A stretch of DNA of 51,131 nt from an uncultured Thiosulfatimonas sp. (GTDB lineage Bacteria > Pseudomonadota > Gammaproteobacteria > Thiomicrospirales > Thiomicrospiraceae): the NCBI GenBank assembly GCA_964574275.1, contig CAZNML010000003.1:1-51131 (forward strand), given 5' to 3'. Below are positions 21,001-30,147 of this stretch, piece after piece. The notes below the pieces were generated by a model. It was not told the origin of the DNA, ran no database searches, and saw only the letters and a list, made by a program, of their open reading frames with translations. Both the position numbers and the translations under genes were made by a program. Within the stretch, counting starts at the first letter, position 1; each line of letters begins with the position of its first letter.

Positions 21001-21356
21001 CCGCGACCTCTATGATCGGGGTGATCGCGCTCGCCGGAATCGTGGTGCGTAACTCCTTGCTGTTGATTGACTTCATTCTAGAGTATCGTGCAGAGGGGCA
21101 GTCGCTGCGAGATGCAGTGATCGAGGCTGGTAAAGTTCGTTTCCGTCCGATCCTGTTAACTGCATTAGCGATTATGTTCGGTTCAATGATTATGATTACG
21201 GATCCGGTCTTCGGTGGTCTAGCCGTGTCATTGATCTTCGGAACGCTGTCTTCGACTGTATTGACTCTACTGGTCATTCCATTGATGTACTACATCTGGC
21301 AGTGGCACGGTGGCGTTAAGCAGCAGGAACAGCAGGAAGCTCAAAACGCCAAATAA
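18033..21356 (+). CDS. RND efflux transporter permease
   Basis: 1107 aa; TPREYNPQI; TM4 LGLLVDAAIVVIENI; GIVVRNSLLLIDF; RFRPILLT. Confidence 0.96.
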   Translation: MAGNENSSKDELNIAGKLAKIFIHSKITMMIMIAITLAGMMAYLVTPREYNPQIIVPAANIIVPKGGATPEEVSNMAIKPLEAIMNALPGVDHTFGFAANDFGVVTVQFEVGENQVDSLVKVYNQLMQNMDKMPPDTQQPIIKPINVDDVPIMTLAITSDELPGVALRDVSLKLVEHLRNVPGVSFTDVVGGDRRAVNVWLDAQKIALTGLTLEQISEMLKGSNVSMPVGSLVNNNKNELVRVNGYLGNAQEVGSIIIGADMGRPIFLRDIAMIEDAPQEADSYTRIGYGPEGASDVRGEQTAVTISIAKKPGTNAVDVANAVLEKMEHLKASVVPANIDVVVTRNDGEKANAAVNLLMEHLVIAVASVVVILVIFLGWREAGIVTLTVPLILFVVLFIGLLADQTINRITLFALILSLGLLVDAAIVVIENIHRHIHEGFDPDNFDEVMIKATNEIGNPTNVATLAVILAFIPMMFVTGMMGPFMGPIPFNVPVAMIASLVVAYILVPYAAYRWLGKKAIKEMQERESTEAHHVHQEDWMQKLYVKAINPLIESRTKRNLFLGGVLIALFAAMLQPALQFMRDDGMNNPLHAAGVEVKMLPYDNTSTFLVQVDMPEDSALEATDRVVRHVGTEISNLMHVTDYSVYLGRPAPIDFAALVRGDLIKQGANFAQIRVNLVGKHHRSESSHEIAIMLDENLKELRATFPEANIKIYETPPGPPVTTQIMAELYGPDYDKLREAAVEVDAAFESIYGMINVDDTVTSDMQTYEINIDREQSNLLGVAPAQIAKMLRDYINGYELGYMHLDNVRESVNILVRLPKAERTVAEQLLSLRVQSRSGQAVPLSAVADIEKVMHAKPILDRDQHKMVMVGGELLRSSPVYAVLSLDKMLDGVTLPESGVTFHTSNLGFVAAEPNDVMDYNLLWGGEMRLTLDVFRDMGSAFIVALIFIYLILVGYYKSFMMPVIVMGAIPLTMIGVFPGHWITDQAFTATSMIGVIALAGIVVRNSLLLIDFILEYRAEGQSLRDAVIEAGKVRFRPILLTALAIMFGSMIMITDPVFGGLAVSLIFGTLSSTVLTLLVIPLMYYIWQWHGGVKQQEQQEAQNAK

Positions 21357-21383
21357 TATTAAATATTATTAAGCGAGCATAAG

Positions 21384-21411
21384 AAGCCCCGCAATAGCGG
21401 GGCTTTTTTTT
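21384..21411 (+). terminator. Intrinsic terminator after the RND operon
   Basis: AAGCCCCGC-AATA-GCGGGGCTT followed by T tract. Confidence 0.9.
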
Positions 21412-21551
21412 GCCCGAAAAAATTGGCAAAAAAATGATCAGGCCTGATTAGTTATAATGAAGTTTACTTATTTAAAAATTACGTAAATAGACGCTACAAT
21501 GCAAAGTGTTGTATTCAATTCAACCTAGATACAGAAGAGGATAATAAGATC

Positions 21552-22055
21552 ATGAAAATAAAATTAAAACAGCTATTGGTTGCATTAGGTGTGGCCGCTA
21601 TGTCAATCACTCCAGTTCAGGCGGATGATGAGCCAATGACGGCAAGTGTGGCGCGTATTACCATGGATGTGGCTAATACCATCGCTTTGAACGCGGTGGC
21701 CGCGTGCCGTGAAAAAGGCATTCCAATCAGTGTTACCGTGGTGGATCGCAACGGCATTATTCAAACCCAGCTAAGAGATACGGTCGCACCACCTGTCTCG
21801 CTGCCGATTAGTCGCAATAAAGCCTATACGGCGGTGATGTTCAATGTTAAAGGCTCACAGCTGGAAAGTCGTGCTAATAGCCCATTGCAGACGATGGGTG
21901 TAGATCTGGCCTTTATGGCGGGTTCAACGCCGATTCAAGCCGGTGGTAAATTGTATGGTGCAGTGGGTGTCAGTGGTGCGCCAGATGGTATGGATGATGA
22001 GGCCTGTGCGATTGCCGGTGTAGAGTCGGTTTTGGACGATTTGGAGATGCAATAA
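21552..22055 (+). CDS. Secreted GlcG/HbpS family (heme-binding-like, DUF336) protein
   Basis: Signal peptide VQA; SVTVVDRNG, KAYTA, GAVGVSGA..DEACA. Confidence 0.88.
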   Translation: MKIKLKQLLVALGVAAMSITPVQADDEPMTASVARITMDVANTIALNAVAACREKGIPISVTVVDRNGIIQTQLRDTVAPPVSLPISRNKAYTAVMFNVKGSQLESRANSPLQTMGVDLAFMAGSTPIQAGGKLYGAVGVSGAPDGMDDEACAIAGVESVLDDLEMQ

Positions 22056-22091
22056 AGTCTTATTTATTCTCAAAAAGAGGATGGGTTAGTG

Positions 22092-22119
22092 AAAAAGCCA
22101 GCGAAAGCTGGCTTTTTTT
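22092..22119 (+). terminator. Intrinsic terminator after the GlcG/HbpS gene
   Basis: AAAAAGCCAGC-GAAA-GCTGGCTTTTTTT. Confidence 0.9.
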
Positions 22120-22159
22120 ATGCCTAGAATTTGCCAGAAATCACTTTTTTGTCGCTAGT

Positions 22160-22195
22160 ATATTAGGTTTTTATTATATAAGCATTTATTAATAT
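22160..22195. promoter_or_regulatory. Two overlapping operator-like boxes upstream of the Tad operon
   Basis: ATATTAGGTTTTTATTATAT (22160-22179) and ATATAAGCATTTATTAATAT (22176-22195); each matches 13 of the 14 specified positions of ATATWAG-N6-CTWATAT; AT-rich background lowers confidence. Confidence 0.4.
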
Positions 22196-22418
22196 TACCT
22201 GCTTTTATGCTTGATAAAGAAATATATTTTTTATAATTTTCAATGTGTTACGTGGGTTTTTGTGTCGGTAAAATGGATTAATAAATTTACTTATTTATAA
22301 ATCAAAAGTTTTGTTTATGAAAAGTCATAAAAACTATTGAAGTCAAAAAAATCATGCCGTTAAATACGTAGTCAGCCGAGCACGGCAACAAATAAAAAAT
22401 AATTTTGAGGATACGAAA

Positions 22419-22619
22419 ATGTTAAATGAATCTAAAGTAATGAGCATGATCAAGGCTAAGCAAGTTAAGAAGCAGAAGGGTGCATCAATGATTGAATATG
22501 CTCTGGTGGTAGCCGGTGTAGCGGCAATTGCTGCTGTTTTGTTCTCTGGTGGCGATAATAATGCCGGTACAGTAGGCGATGCGGTTAAAGCCAAAGTTGA
22601 AGGTTCAATTCCAAAATAA
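22419..22619 (+). CDS. flp: Flp family (Tad) major pilin
   Basis: 66 aa; KQKG|ASMIEYALVVAGVAAIA Flp motif (G|xxxxEY plus hydrophobic helix); GAGG RBS. Confidence 0.93.
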   Translation: MLNESKVMSMIKAKQVKKQKGASMIEYALVVAGVAAIAAVLFSGGDNNAGTVGDAVKAKVEGSIPK

Positions 22620-22627
22620 TTTGAGAA

Positions 22628-23131
22628 ATGAGCACTCACCTACATAAGCAAAAAGGGGCTGTTATGTTAGAGACAGCCTACTTTTTGCCTATTATGATTG
22701 CCGTGATCCTGTTTATGGTGGAAGTTGTTTCCTATGCAATGAACAGCTTTGCGGCCAATGATGTATTAACCGATATACACTCCGCGATGGTTGCGGAAGG
22801 TGAGCAGGTTGCGGAACTGGAAGAAGATGATACGCTTCCCGCTTCGATCAAGTACGCCAGTTGTAATGCAGGTAAAGTGGCTCTGCCAACAGGCAGCAGC
22901 AGCTCCATTACTTCAATAGTGAAGACGACCTTAGCCAGCAAAAATATCACCTTTCTGGGATCTGATCCTGGCGCTACCCATATTAGCAAAAGCTCGGTTT
23001 CTGGTTTTGATGTTTATGTCATCACCTTTAGCGGCACGGCCAACTCTTTGGTGATACCCAATTTTATGTCTGAACTGCTCCCTATTAGCGTTAATACCGT
23101 TATCAGTATCAAAGACAACTGTGTTGTTTGA
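22628..23131 (+). CDS. tadE: TadE/TadF-like minor pilin
   Basis: KQKG|AVMLETAYFLP prepilin motif with Glu+5; position in Tad operon. Confidence 0.78.
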   Translation: MSTHLHKQKGAVMLETAYFLPIMIAVILFMVEVVSYAMNSFAANDVLTDIHSAMVAEGEQVAELEEDDTLPASIKYASCNAGKVALPTGSSSSITSIVKTTLASKNITFLGSDPGATHISKSSVSGFDVYVITFSGTANSLVIPNFMSELLPISVNTVISIKDNCVV

Positions 23132-23174
23132 TGACTGACCCAATTCCAAACATTCTAAATATTAAGAGATTTTT

Positions 23175-24059
23175 ATGAAACTTCAACGCAGTGATCTGAT
23201 TCTGTACGGGGTCGCTTTGCTCTCCTCTATGCTGGCCGTTAGCCTGGTTTATGGTTATGTTGAGAACCGCGTGGCCGAAGCCGAAAGCAAGGCCGAAGTG
23301 AAAACCGTGACCGTGATTGAAAAGCCGGAGCTACGTTCGGTGGTGGTGGCCAATCGTGATCTCTACCGTGGCGAGAAGATCGAGATCGACGACATCAAGG
23401 TGCTGATGGTACCGACTGAGGGCGTGGTAGCGAATGGCGTGATGGTCAACCCCGACAAGATTGTGGGTCGTGTCGCCAAGCAGCACATCTATGCTGGCGA
23501 GTGGATGATCGATCAGAAGATCGGTCTGCAGGACGATGACGAGGGTCGGGTTGAGTCGTTGTTGGAGGCGGGCATGCGTGCCATGCGTATTCCGGTGTCA
23601 GCCGAGAGCGGTCTATTGGGGATGCTGAACCCAAGCGATCATGTGGATGTGATCAGTGTGTTTGAAAGTGCTGATGGCAAGCGCATGATCAGTCGCACCA
23701 TCCTGCAGAATATTGAGGTGCTCTCCATCGGCCAGACCAACCGCATGGGGAAACTGAAGGATGAAGAGCTCAAGCAGTCCTATGAAAACCATGAGGGTGA
23801 GGCGTTTGTTAAAGCGTCAATGGTAGCGCTTAATGTCAATACACGTCAGGCAGAGCAGCTGGCATTGGCAATGAATGTCGGTGCCATTCATCTGGCGTTA
23901 CGTGGACCGGCGGATGTCAAACTGGTGACCACTGACGGCGTCAATGTCAAAGTGATGGAGCGCAGCAAACAGCGTCCGCCAAAATACAAACCAAAAACCA
24001 AACGTGATGTGATTCAGATTATGCAGGGTGACAGTGTTCAAGAGGTATTTACACGATGA
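23175..24059 (+). CDS. cpaB: Flp pilus assembly protein CpaB/RcpC
   Basis: N-terminal TM; SAF domain VVVANRDL; GMRAMRIPV, LNPSDHVDVI, ILQNIEVLSIGQ. Confidence 0.92.
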   Translation: MKLQRSDLILYGVALLSSMLAVSLVYGYVENRVAEAESKAEVKTVTVIEKPELRSVVVANRDLYRGEKIEIDDIKVLMVPTEGVVANGVMVNPDKIVGRVAKQHIYAGEWMIDQKIGLQDDDEGRVESLLEAGMRAMRIPVSAESGLLGMLNPSDHVDVISVFESADGKRMISRTILQNIEVLSIGQTNRMGKLKDEELKQSYENHEGEAFVKASMVALNVNTRQAEQLALAMNVGAIHLALRGPADVKLVTTDGVNVKVMERSKQRPPKYKPKTKRDVIQIMQGDSVQEVFTR

Positions 24060-25636
24060 AAATTATTCCAAAATGGCTATCAAAAACGGCTTTAATCAGC
24101 GGAATTGGACTGTCGGTCGCCCTGACATCCATGAGTTCACAGGCGGAGTTGGCCAAAGTCTATAACCTGACCGAGACCGACAGTCAGATCGTTAAGTTTG
24201 ATAAGGCGCTGAAGCGTGCCATGATCGCCAACCCGGAGCTGGCAACGGTGAAAGTACTCAGCAAGAATGAGTTGTTGATCACCGGTAAAGGGGCGGGTCG
24301 TACGCAGTTGATTGTGACCTATCGCTCCAGTCCGAATGTGGATCATCAGGTGGTACTGAATGTGTCGCCAGATCAGTCACGCAGAGAGGAGATTGAGGGT
24401 ACGCTAAAACAACTTTTAGCCGATCTTAATCCGCAGGGTACCGTTAAATTCGAGTTGAAAAATATCTGGATCAACTCCGAGAGTGCCGTACGTCGTGAGA
24501 TTGATGAGATTGGTAATCAGATTGATGGTGATGCCAATCAGACTGCGGCAAAACGCCATGATAAAGAGGTGCTGCAGGCCGAAGTGTCCAGTGGTGAATT
24601 GGATGCTCAGCCGTTAGCGGGTAACTACATGGTGCTATTGAGCGGAGAGGTGCCAAACAGGGCGCAGAAAAAACGCATTCAATCGGTGGTCTCCGCATTA
24701 GGGCTGTCGGTGGTGAATATGGTCAAGGTTACCGGGCCGCAGCAGGTTAAGTTGTCGGTGCGTGTTGCCGAGGTGGTTAAGGGCAACCCCTTTAGAAGTG
24801 GTGTCGCCGCGCGCGATAAACGCGATCACTTTGGGATTTTTCCTCCCGGAAACTTGGGCTCTACCGCCGGCTTCTTGTTGAATGTTGAAAATGTGGTAGC
24901 CGGCACCCCAGCGGGCATGGCGTTCCCACATCCGGATGGTTTTCAGATCGGTATCAACCCGCTAGGCAGTGATCTGTTTGGTGTGTTATCGATTCTGGAG
25001 GGCAATAATCTGGCACGTGTTCTGGCCAAGCCGGAACTGATTGTGCAGTCCGGTGAAACGGCTGAGTTCCTAGTCGGTGGTGAAGTGCCGATTCCGGTCG
25101 CTCAGGACGCAGACACCATTACCGTTGAGTATAAAGAGTTTGGAGTACGTCTGCGTTTTAGCCCGATTATTACCGAGTCGGGTGAGATTCAGATGACGGT
25201 AGCACCCGAGGTGAGTAATATCGACTCGAGCGCCGGTTATCAGGCCGGTAACATTGTGGTACCCGGTTTTAGATCTCGCAAAACCAATACCACCATTACC
25301 ATGGCCGCCGGGCAGAGTTTCGTTATTGGCGGTCTGATTCAGGACAATATGCGCAGCTCAGTAAATAAGGTGCCGCTGCTTGGCGACATCCCGGTGATTG
25401 GGGCGCTGTTTAGATCAACCAGCTATGAGAAGGATCAGTCGGAGTTGGCCATTTTGGTGACCCCAACTTTTGTCGAACCGATTGCAGAGGGTCAGAAAGT
25501 AAGCCTGCCGGGAGAGAATCTAGACCGCCCAACTGCAGCCGATGGCTTCTTTATGGGCAAGGTAGCGGAGCTGCTGCCAGAGGGAGATAGTGCTCTGCCT
25601 GATCTGGCGGTCAAGATTGGACTGGAGAAGCCGTAA
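24056..25636 (+). CDS. cpaC: Tad secretin CpaC/RcpA
   Basis: IANPELA..LITGK..GRT N-domain; QQVKLSVRVAEV; AEFLVGGEVPIP; VPLLGDIPVIGALFRS. Confidence 0.95.
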   Translation: MKIIPKWLSKTALISGIGLSVALTSMSSQAELAKVYNLTETDSQIVKFDKALKRAMIANPELATVKVLSKNELLITGKGAGRTQLIVTYRSSPNVDHQVVLNVSPDQSRREEIEGTLKQLLADLNPQGTVKFELKNIWINSESAVRREIDEIGNQIDGDANQTAAKRHDKEVLQAEVSSGELDAQPLAGNYMVLLSGEVPNRAQKKRIQSVVSALGLSVVNMVKVTGPQQVKLSVRVAEVVKGNPFRSGVAARDKRDHFGIFPPGNLGSTAGFLLNVENVVAGTPAGMAFPHPDGFQIGINPLGSDLFGVLSILEGNNLARVLAKPELIVQSGETAEFLVGGEVPIPVAQDADTITVEYKEFGVRLRFSPIITESGEIQMTVAPEVSNIDSSAGYQAGNIVVPGFRSRKTNTTITMAAGQSFVIGGLIQDNMRSSVNKVPLLGDIPVIGALFRSTSYEKDQSELAILVTPTFVEPIAEGQKVSLPGENLDRPTAADGFFMGKVAELLPEGDSALPDLAVKIGLEKP

Positions 25637-26895
25637 TGACACAGATGTTATCAAGTGATTCAATGGCGCTGAAACACGCGCTCTATTTTGGTACGGATGA
25701 AGATCTGCAGGAAGCAGTACGTGTATCGATTATGTCGAAATACACCACAGAGGCGATGAGTGAAGTGCCGCATATCTGGCCGGAAGATGTCAATCTGGTG
25801 CTGTTGGAGTACCAGGGAGAAGCCGATCAGGTGCTGGCTAACATCACACAGATTCTGACCCTGGCCAAAGGGGTACCGGTGTATGTGCTGCTGAAAGAGA
25901 AGAACGCCGACTTCATTATTGAAGCCTCTCATCAAGGGGTACAGGGATTTATCGAGTGCCCGAATGAGGTGTTTCATATTCTCTCTATTCTGCATATGCA
26001 GGATCGCCGCCGCCAGGGTAAAAACGGTAATGTCTCTTCACTATTCAGCTTGAAAGGAGGGGTGGGCTGTACCGCTTTAGCCACCAATATCGCCTCACAC
26101 TTGAACGATATGACCGAGGGGCGTACCGTACTGGTTGATCTAAATATGCCGCTGGGAGATACCGCTCTGTATCTGAATATGGAGGGGCAACGCCTCTACT
26201 CACTGACCGATTTTGTCTATAACTTGAACCGTTTTGATGAGAACCTGATCTACAAATCCTTAAGCCGTCATGAGTCGGGGTTGTATGTGCTGTCGCTGCC
26301 GACTGAAGTCAGTGAGCTGGATGGGATCAACGGCGATATTATTAAAACCATTATTGAGTCACTGCGCCGTTATTACGATCATGTGTTAATCGATTGCGCC
26401 AGTGATCTGTCGGATATGACCCTGAGCTGTCTGGATGAGTCGGATAATATTGTTTTGGTTGCCGAGCCGTCGTTGTCGTCGTTAAGAGCGGTTAACTCGG
26501 TGATTCAACTGACGCAGAAACTGGGTTATATCCGCGAGTCAATCAAACTGGTGGTCAACCGCAGCACCAGCCAGGAAGATGAGATGCTGGATGACGTGAT
26601 TGATGCCCTGGATGTGGATACGGTGGTGCGTGTCGCTAACCAGTATGCCGATTTTAATGATTCGTTGAAAGAGGGCGTGCTGCTTAAGGAGTTTAACCCG
26701 GACTCCATTATCAATCGCCAGTTACACAATATCGCCAATATGCTGCACACCGGCAGTCTGCAGCTGGATATTGAACTGGAGCAGGCGTCGGCAAGCAGCG
26801 CCAAAGGTCTTTTGTCAGGCCTGTTCAAAAAGAACAAAAAGTCAAAATCCAAAGCAGAGCCGGTGATTGACGATGCTAAAGTGGCGGTATCCTAA
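25636..26895 (+). CDS. cpaE: Flp pilus localisation ATPase CpaE/TadZ
   Basis: Degenerate receiver domain plus MinD-like SLKGGVGCT and LVDLN..GD motifs. Confidence 0.88.
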   Translation: MTQMLSSDSMALKHALYFGTDEDLQEAVRVSIMSKYTTEAMSEVPHIWPEDVNLVLLEYQGEADQVLANITQILTLAKGVPVYVLLKEKNADFIIEASHQGVQGFIECPNEVFHILSILHMQDRRRQGKNGNVSSLFSLKGGVGCTALATNIASHLNDMTEGRTVLVDLNMPLGDTALYLNMEGQRLYSLTDFVYNLNRFDENLIYKSLSRHESGLYVLSLPTEVSELDGINGDIIKTIIESLRRYYDHVLIDCASDLSDMTLSCLDESDNIVLVAEPSLSSLRAVNSVIQLTQKLGYIRESIKLVVNRSTSQEDEMLDDVIDALDVDTVVRVANQYADFNDSLKEGVLLKEFNPDSIINRQLHNIANMLHTGSLQLDIELEQASASSAKGLLSGLFKKNKKSKSKAEPVIDDAKVAVS

Positions 26896-28304
26896 TGAGT
26901 TTACGTGACCGTTTGAGACAAGTTGAACAGCACCGCCAGGTGAGTGCGGATATTGCCGCCAATGACTCGGTGGATAAGCCGGACCCGATTGCCAAGCGCA
27001 CGCTATCTGAAACCAATCTGGCGCAAAACCCAACCCTGTTGGAGATTAAGAGGCGCTGCCAAAAGAAAGCCACCGAAGATGAGGCTTTTTATCAGGCTGA
27101 TAGCAATGAGACTCGTCAAGAGCTGCGTCCGCGCTTAGAGGAGCTGGTGCGTGAAAATGCGGCTGATCTAGGGTATCCACTGTCGGAGATTGAGGTCAGA
27201 CAGTTGGGGGTGGAGCTGCTGGATGAGATCTACGGTTTGGGGCCGATTGAACCGCTGCTGGCCGACCCGAGTGTTTCCGATATTCTGATTAACCGTTATA
27301 ACCAGGTCTATGTTGAGCGCGGCGGTATGCTGGAGCTGACCGATATCAGTTTTATCAGTGAAGAGCACCTGCGCAATAAGGTCGACCGTATGCTGTATGT
27401 CACCGGTCGCCGTGTGGATGAGTCCTCACCGCTGGTGGATGCGCGTCTGCCGGACGGTTCGCGTATCAATATCATTATCCCACCGCTGGCGGTGGATGGC
27501 ATCAGTGTCTCCATTCGTCGTTTTCCAGAGAAACACCTGCGTCCACAAGATCTGATCGCCTTTGGTTCCATGACCGAACAGATGTACACCTTTTTGGACT
27601 ATGCGGTTAAGGCGGGTCTGAATATGCTGGTATGTGGCGGAACCGGTTCCGGTAAAACCACCACCTTGAATATGTTGTCTGGCTTGATTCCGGAGAACGA
27701 GCGTACTGTCACCATTGAGGACAGCGCCGAGCTGCGTATGCAGCAGACCCATGTGGTGCGTTTGGAGACGCGTCCACCAAATGCCGAAGGCGTCGGTGAG
27801 GTGACGCAACGTGAACTGTTGAAAAATGCGCTACGTATGCGCCCGGACCGCATTGTTCTGGGTGAGGTGCGTGGTGGCGAAGTGCTGGATATGCTACAGG
27901 CGATGAACACCGGGCACGACGGCTCTTTGGCAACGCTACACGCCAACAGTCCGCGTGACAGTATTGCGCGTCTGGAGCTGATGATTAACTTGAGTGGAGT
28001 CGATATTCCAGCGGCCTCGATTCGTAAGCAGATCGCCAGTGCGATTGATCTGATTATTTATGTTAACCGTGGTAAAGACGGTAAGCGTCGGGTGGAGTCG
28101 GTCACCGAAGTGGTAGGGATCGAAGAGGAGAATGTGGTTCTGCAGGAGATTTTTGTTTTTGAAAATCAGCTGGATAAGCAGTCTGAAACCATGCGCGGCA
28201 CCTTTAAGGCGACCGGCCTGCGCCCAAGTTGCGGTAAGAAGTGTGAGGCGGTCGGTTATCGTCTGCCGCAGGATCTGTTTAGTTTTTCTAAGGAAGTATT
28301 TTAA
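26895..28304 (+). CDS. tadA: Tad assembly ATPase CpaF/TadA
   Basis: GGTGSGKTT Walker A; TIEDSAEL; [15 protein letters not shown]; AMNTGHDGS. Confidence 0.97.
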   Translation: MSLRDRLRQVEQHRQVSADIAANDSVDKPDPIAKRTLSETNLAQNPTLLEIKRRCQKKATEDEAFYQADSNETRQELRPRLEELVRENAADLGYPLSEIEVRQLGVELLDEIYGLGPIEPLLADPSVSDILINRYNQVYVERGGMLELTDISFISEEHLRNKVDRMLYVTGRRVDESSPLVDARLPDGSRINIIIPPLAVDGISVSIRRFPEKHLRPQDLIAFGSMTEQMYTFLDYAVKAGLNMLVCGGTGSGKTTTLNMLSGLIPENERTVTIEDSAELRMQQTHVVRLETRPPNAEGVGEVTQRELLKNALRMRPDRIVLGEVRGGEVLDMLQAMNTGHDGSLATLHANSPRDSIARLELMINLSGVDIPAASIRKQIASAIDLIIYVNRGKDGKRRVESVTEVVGIEEENVVLQEIFVFENQLDKQSETMRGTFKATGLRPSCGKKCEAVGYRLPQDLFSFSKEVF

Positions 28305-29245
28305 TGGATCTGGGGTTTATTATTGTCGCTTTGGCGATCATTGTGCCGTTTGCCATCTTTGCGTTTACCTTATCCTTCAAGCAGCGCCGTCAACATCAAG
28401 CGCAGCTGAATGCCTTGATGAAACGTGTGGGTCTGAAAGGGTCAGAGACCACGCAGCTTAAAGATCAGCTGCTGCAGCACAAAGATAAGAGTTGGTACCT
28501 GTGGCTGACAGGCCTGTTTAAAAAGGCCGGGATTGCCAATCGTAAGGATGTGACTCGTCTGCTGGTGGTGCAGGCATCGCTGCTGTTTATCAGTGCGTTT
28601 GTATTGGCGACCAAGTTGAATACCCTGTCTGAAAATCAGCTGATCATCAGTATGTTACTGCCATTTCTACCGAGCGCCTACCTGTATTTCAAAATCAAAC
28701 AGCGTCAAACTGAGTTGCGTAAACAGTTTCCGGAGATGCTGGACTCGATTGTGCGCTCTTTGCACTCAGGCTACGGCATCGACGGCGCTCTGGGAGCGGT
28801 TGGCGAAGACATGCGCGGCCCTTTGGCAGAGGAGATGCGTGAGGTCAATAAGCAGCTGACTTTAGGGATCAGTATGCGCGATATTCTGCGAGAGTTTCAG
28901 CGTCGTGTCGCTCTGCCGGAAGCACAATTTTTTGTTATCACTTTGATTATTCAACGTGAGACCGGTGGCCAGCTGGCGGCGATTCTCTCCGAACTGTCTA
29001 AACTGATGCGCCGTCGTGATAACTTTCAGGCCAAACTGAAAACCCTGACGGCGGAGTCTCGTTTTACCGCCTGGTTTATCGGTGGGGCGCCGATTATTTA
29101 TATCGGCTACAAATACTTCTTTGACCGTGAGTCGATGCACTTCTTTTTGAATGACCCTTTAGGCTTTAAGTTATTTTTGTTCTCTTTGTTGATGATCGGT
29201 TTAGGAACCTTGATTCTGCGTCAAATGTTAAAGATGAGATTTTAA
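28304..29245 (+). CDS. tadB: Tad platform protein TadB (T2SSF family)
   Basis: QFPEMLDSIVRSLHSG; IQRETGGQLA; LTAESR. Confidence 0.93.
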   Translation: MDLGFIIVALAIIVPFAIFAFTLSFKQRRQHQAQLNALMKRVGLKGSETTQLKDQLLQHKDKSWYLWLTGLFKKAGIANRKDVTRLLVVQASLLFISAFVLATKLNTLSENQLIISMLLPFLPSAYLYFKIKQRQTELRKQFPEMLDSIVRSLHSGYGIDGALGAVGEDMRGPLAEEMREVNKQLTLGISMRDILREFQRRVALPEAQFFVITLIIQRETGGQLAAILSELSKLMRRRDNFQAKLKTLTAESRFTAWFIGGAPIIYIGYKYFFDRESMHFFLNDPLGFKLFLFSLLMIGLGTLILRQMLKMRF

Positions 29246-30147
29246 TGATGATGGATTTAGCGGTACTGCTGTTAACGGTTGCCAGTTTGTCTTTTGTGAC
29301 GGTGTGGCTGTTTGTCAATCGCGCCTTGAAACTGCAAAGTAATCAGTTGCAAAAGGAGCGCATTAAAGCGCGTATCGGTCTGGCAAGCCAGTACAGCAAA
29401 AACAAACGCTGTCTGTCGAGCTGCTGGTGGTGCTCTTTGGGTCGAGCCATTGGTCCTAAAAGCAAGAAAGAGCTGCAAACCACGCAGCAGCAGCTGGTCA
29501 GTGCCGGTTTTAGGGAGGAGCGTCATATTGGGGCTTACTTCTTTATTAAGTATGTCACGCTTCTCGCATCAGTACTGCTTTCGGCGGCGCTATGGGCCTG
29601 GTTCGCTGTGCGTTTGGAGATTGTGATCCTGATTCCGATTGTTATGTTGCTGCTGCCGGAACGTATTCTGATCTATTTAGGGCAGCACCGTCTGGCACAG
29701 ATTAGTAATCACCTGCCGGACTTTTTGGATATGTGTAATATCTGTATGAATGCCGGTTTGAGTTATCTGGTGGCGATTAAACGGGTGTCTGAGGAGTTAA
29801 AAGAGATTAATCCGGAGATCTGTTACGAATTTCAGTATCTGCTGGATCAGATTCAGATGGGCATGGCGCGTACCGAGGCGCTGCGCCAGTTTGCCGAGCG
29901 TAACCCGACTAAAGACATTCAAAATCTGGTGCAGGTTCTGATTCAAAATGAGAAACTCGGTAGCTCAATCAGTGAGGCTCTGAATGAGTTCTCGCGCCGC
30001 ATGTATCAGGAGCGCGAACAGGCTCTGGAAGAGAAGGCGGCGAAAACTTCGGCCAAAATGGCGGTGGTGATTATGCCTTTTTTAATGGTGCCTTATCTTA
30101 TTTTACTGCTGGGCGAACGCATGGTTCTGCTTGGAAGAGGGTTTTAA
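29245..30147 (+). CDS. tadC: Tad platform protein TadC (T2SSF family)
   Basis: LPDFLDM..CMNAGL; QNEKLGSSI; EEKAAK. Confidence 0.92.
   Translation: MMMDLAVLLLTVASLSFVTVWLFVNRALKLQSNQLQKERIKARIGLASQYSKNKRCLSSCWWCSLGRAIGPKSKKELQTTQQQLVSAGFREERHIGAYFFIKYVTLLASVLLSAALWAWFAVRLEIVILIPIVMLLLPERILIYLGQHRLAQISNHLPDFLDMCNICMNAGLSYLVAIKRVSEELKEINPEICYEFQYLLDQIQMGMARTEALRQFAERNPTKDIQNLVQVLIQNEKLGSSISEALNEFSRRMYQEREQALEEKAAKTSAKMAVVIMPFLMVPYLILLLGERMVLLGRGF

Noticed and set aside
22340-22390. Possible c-di-GMP riboswitch upstream of flp (TGCCGT..ACGGCA stem)
   Set aside because: Only a 6-bp stem; lacks the GEMM-I GCAAA/GAAA architecture and the full class II pseudoknot; an Infernal scan would be needed
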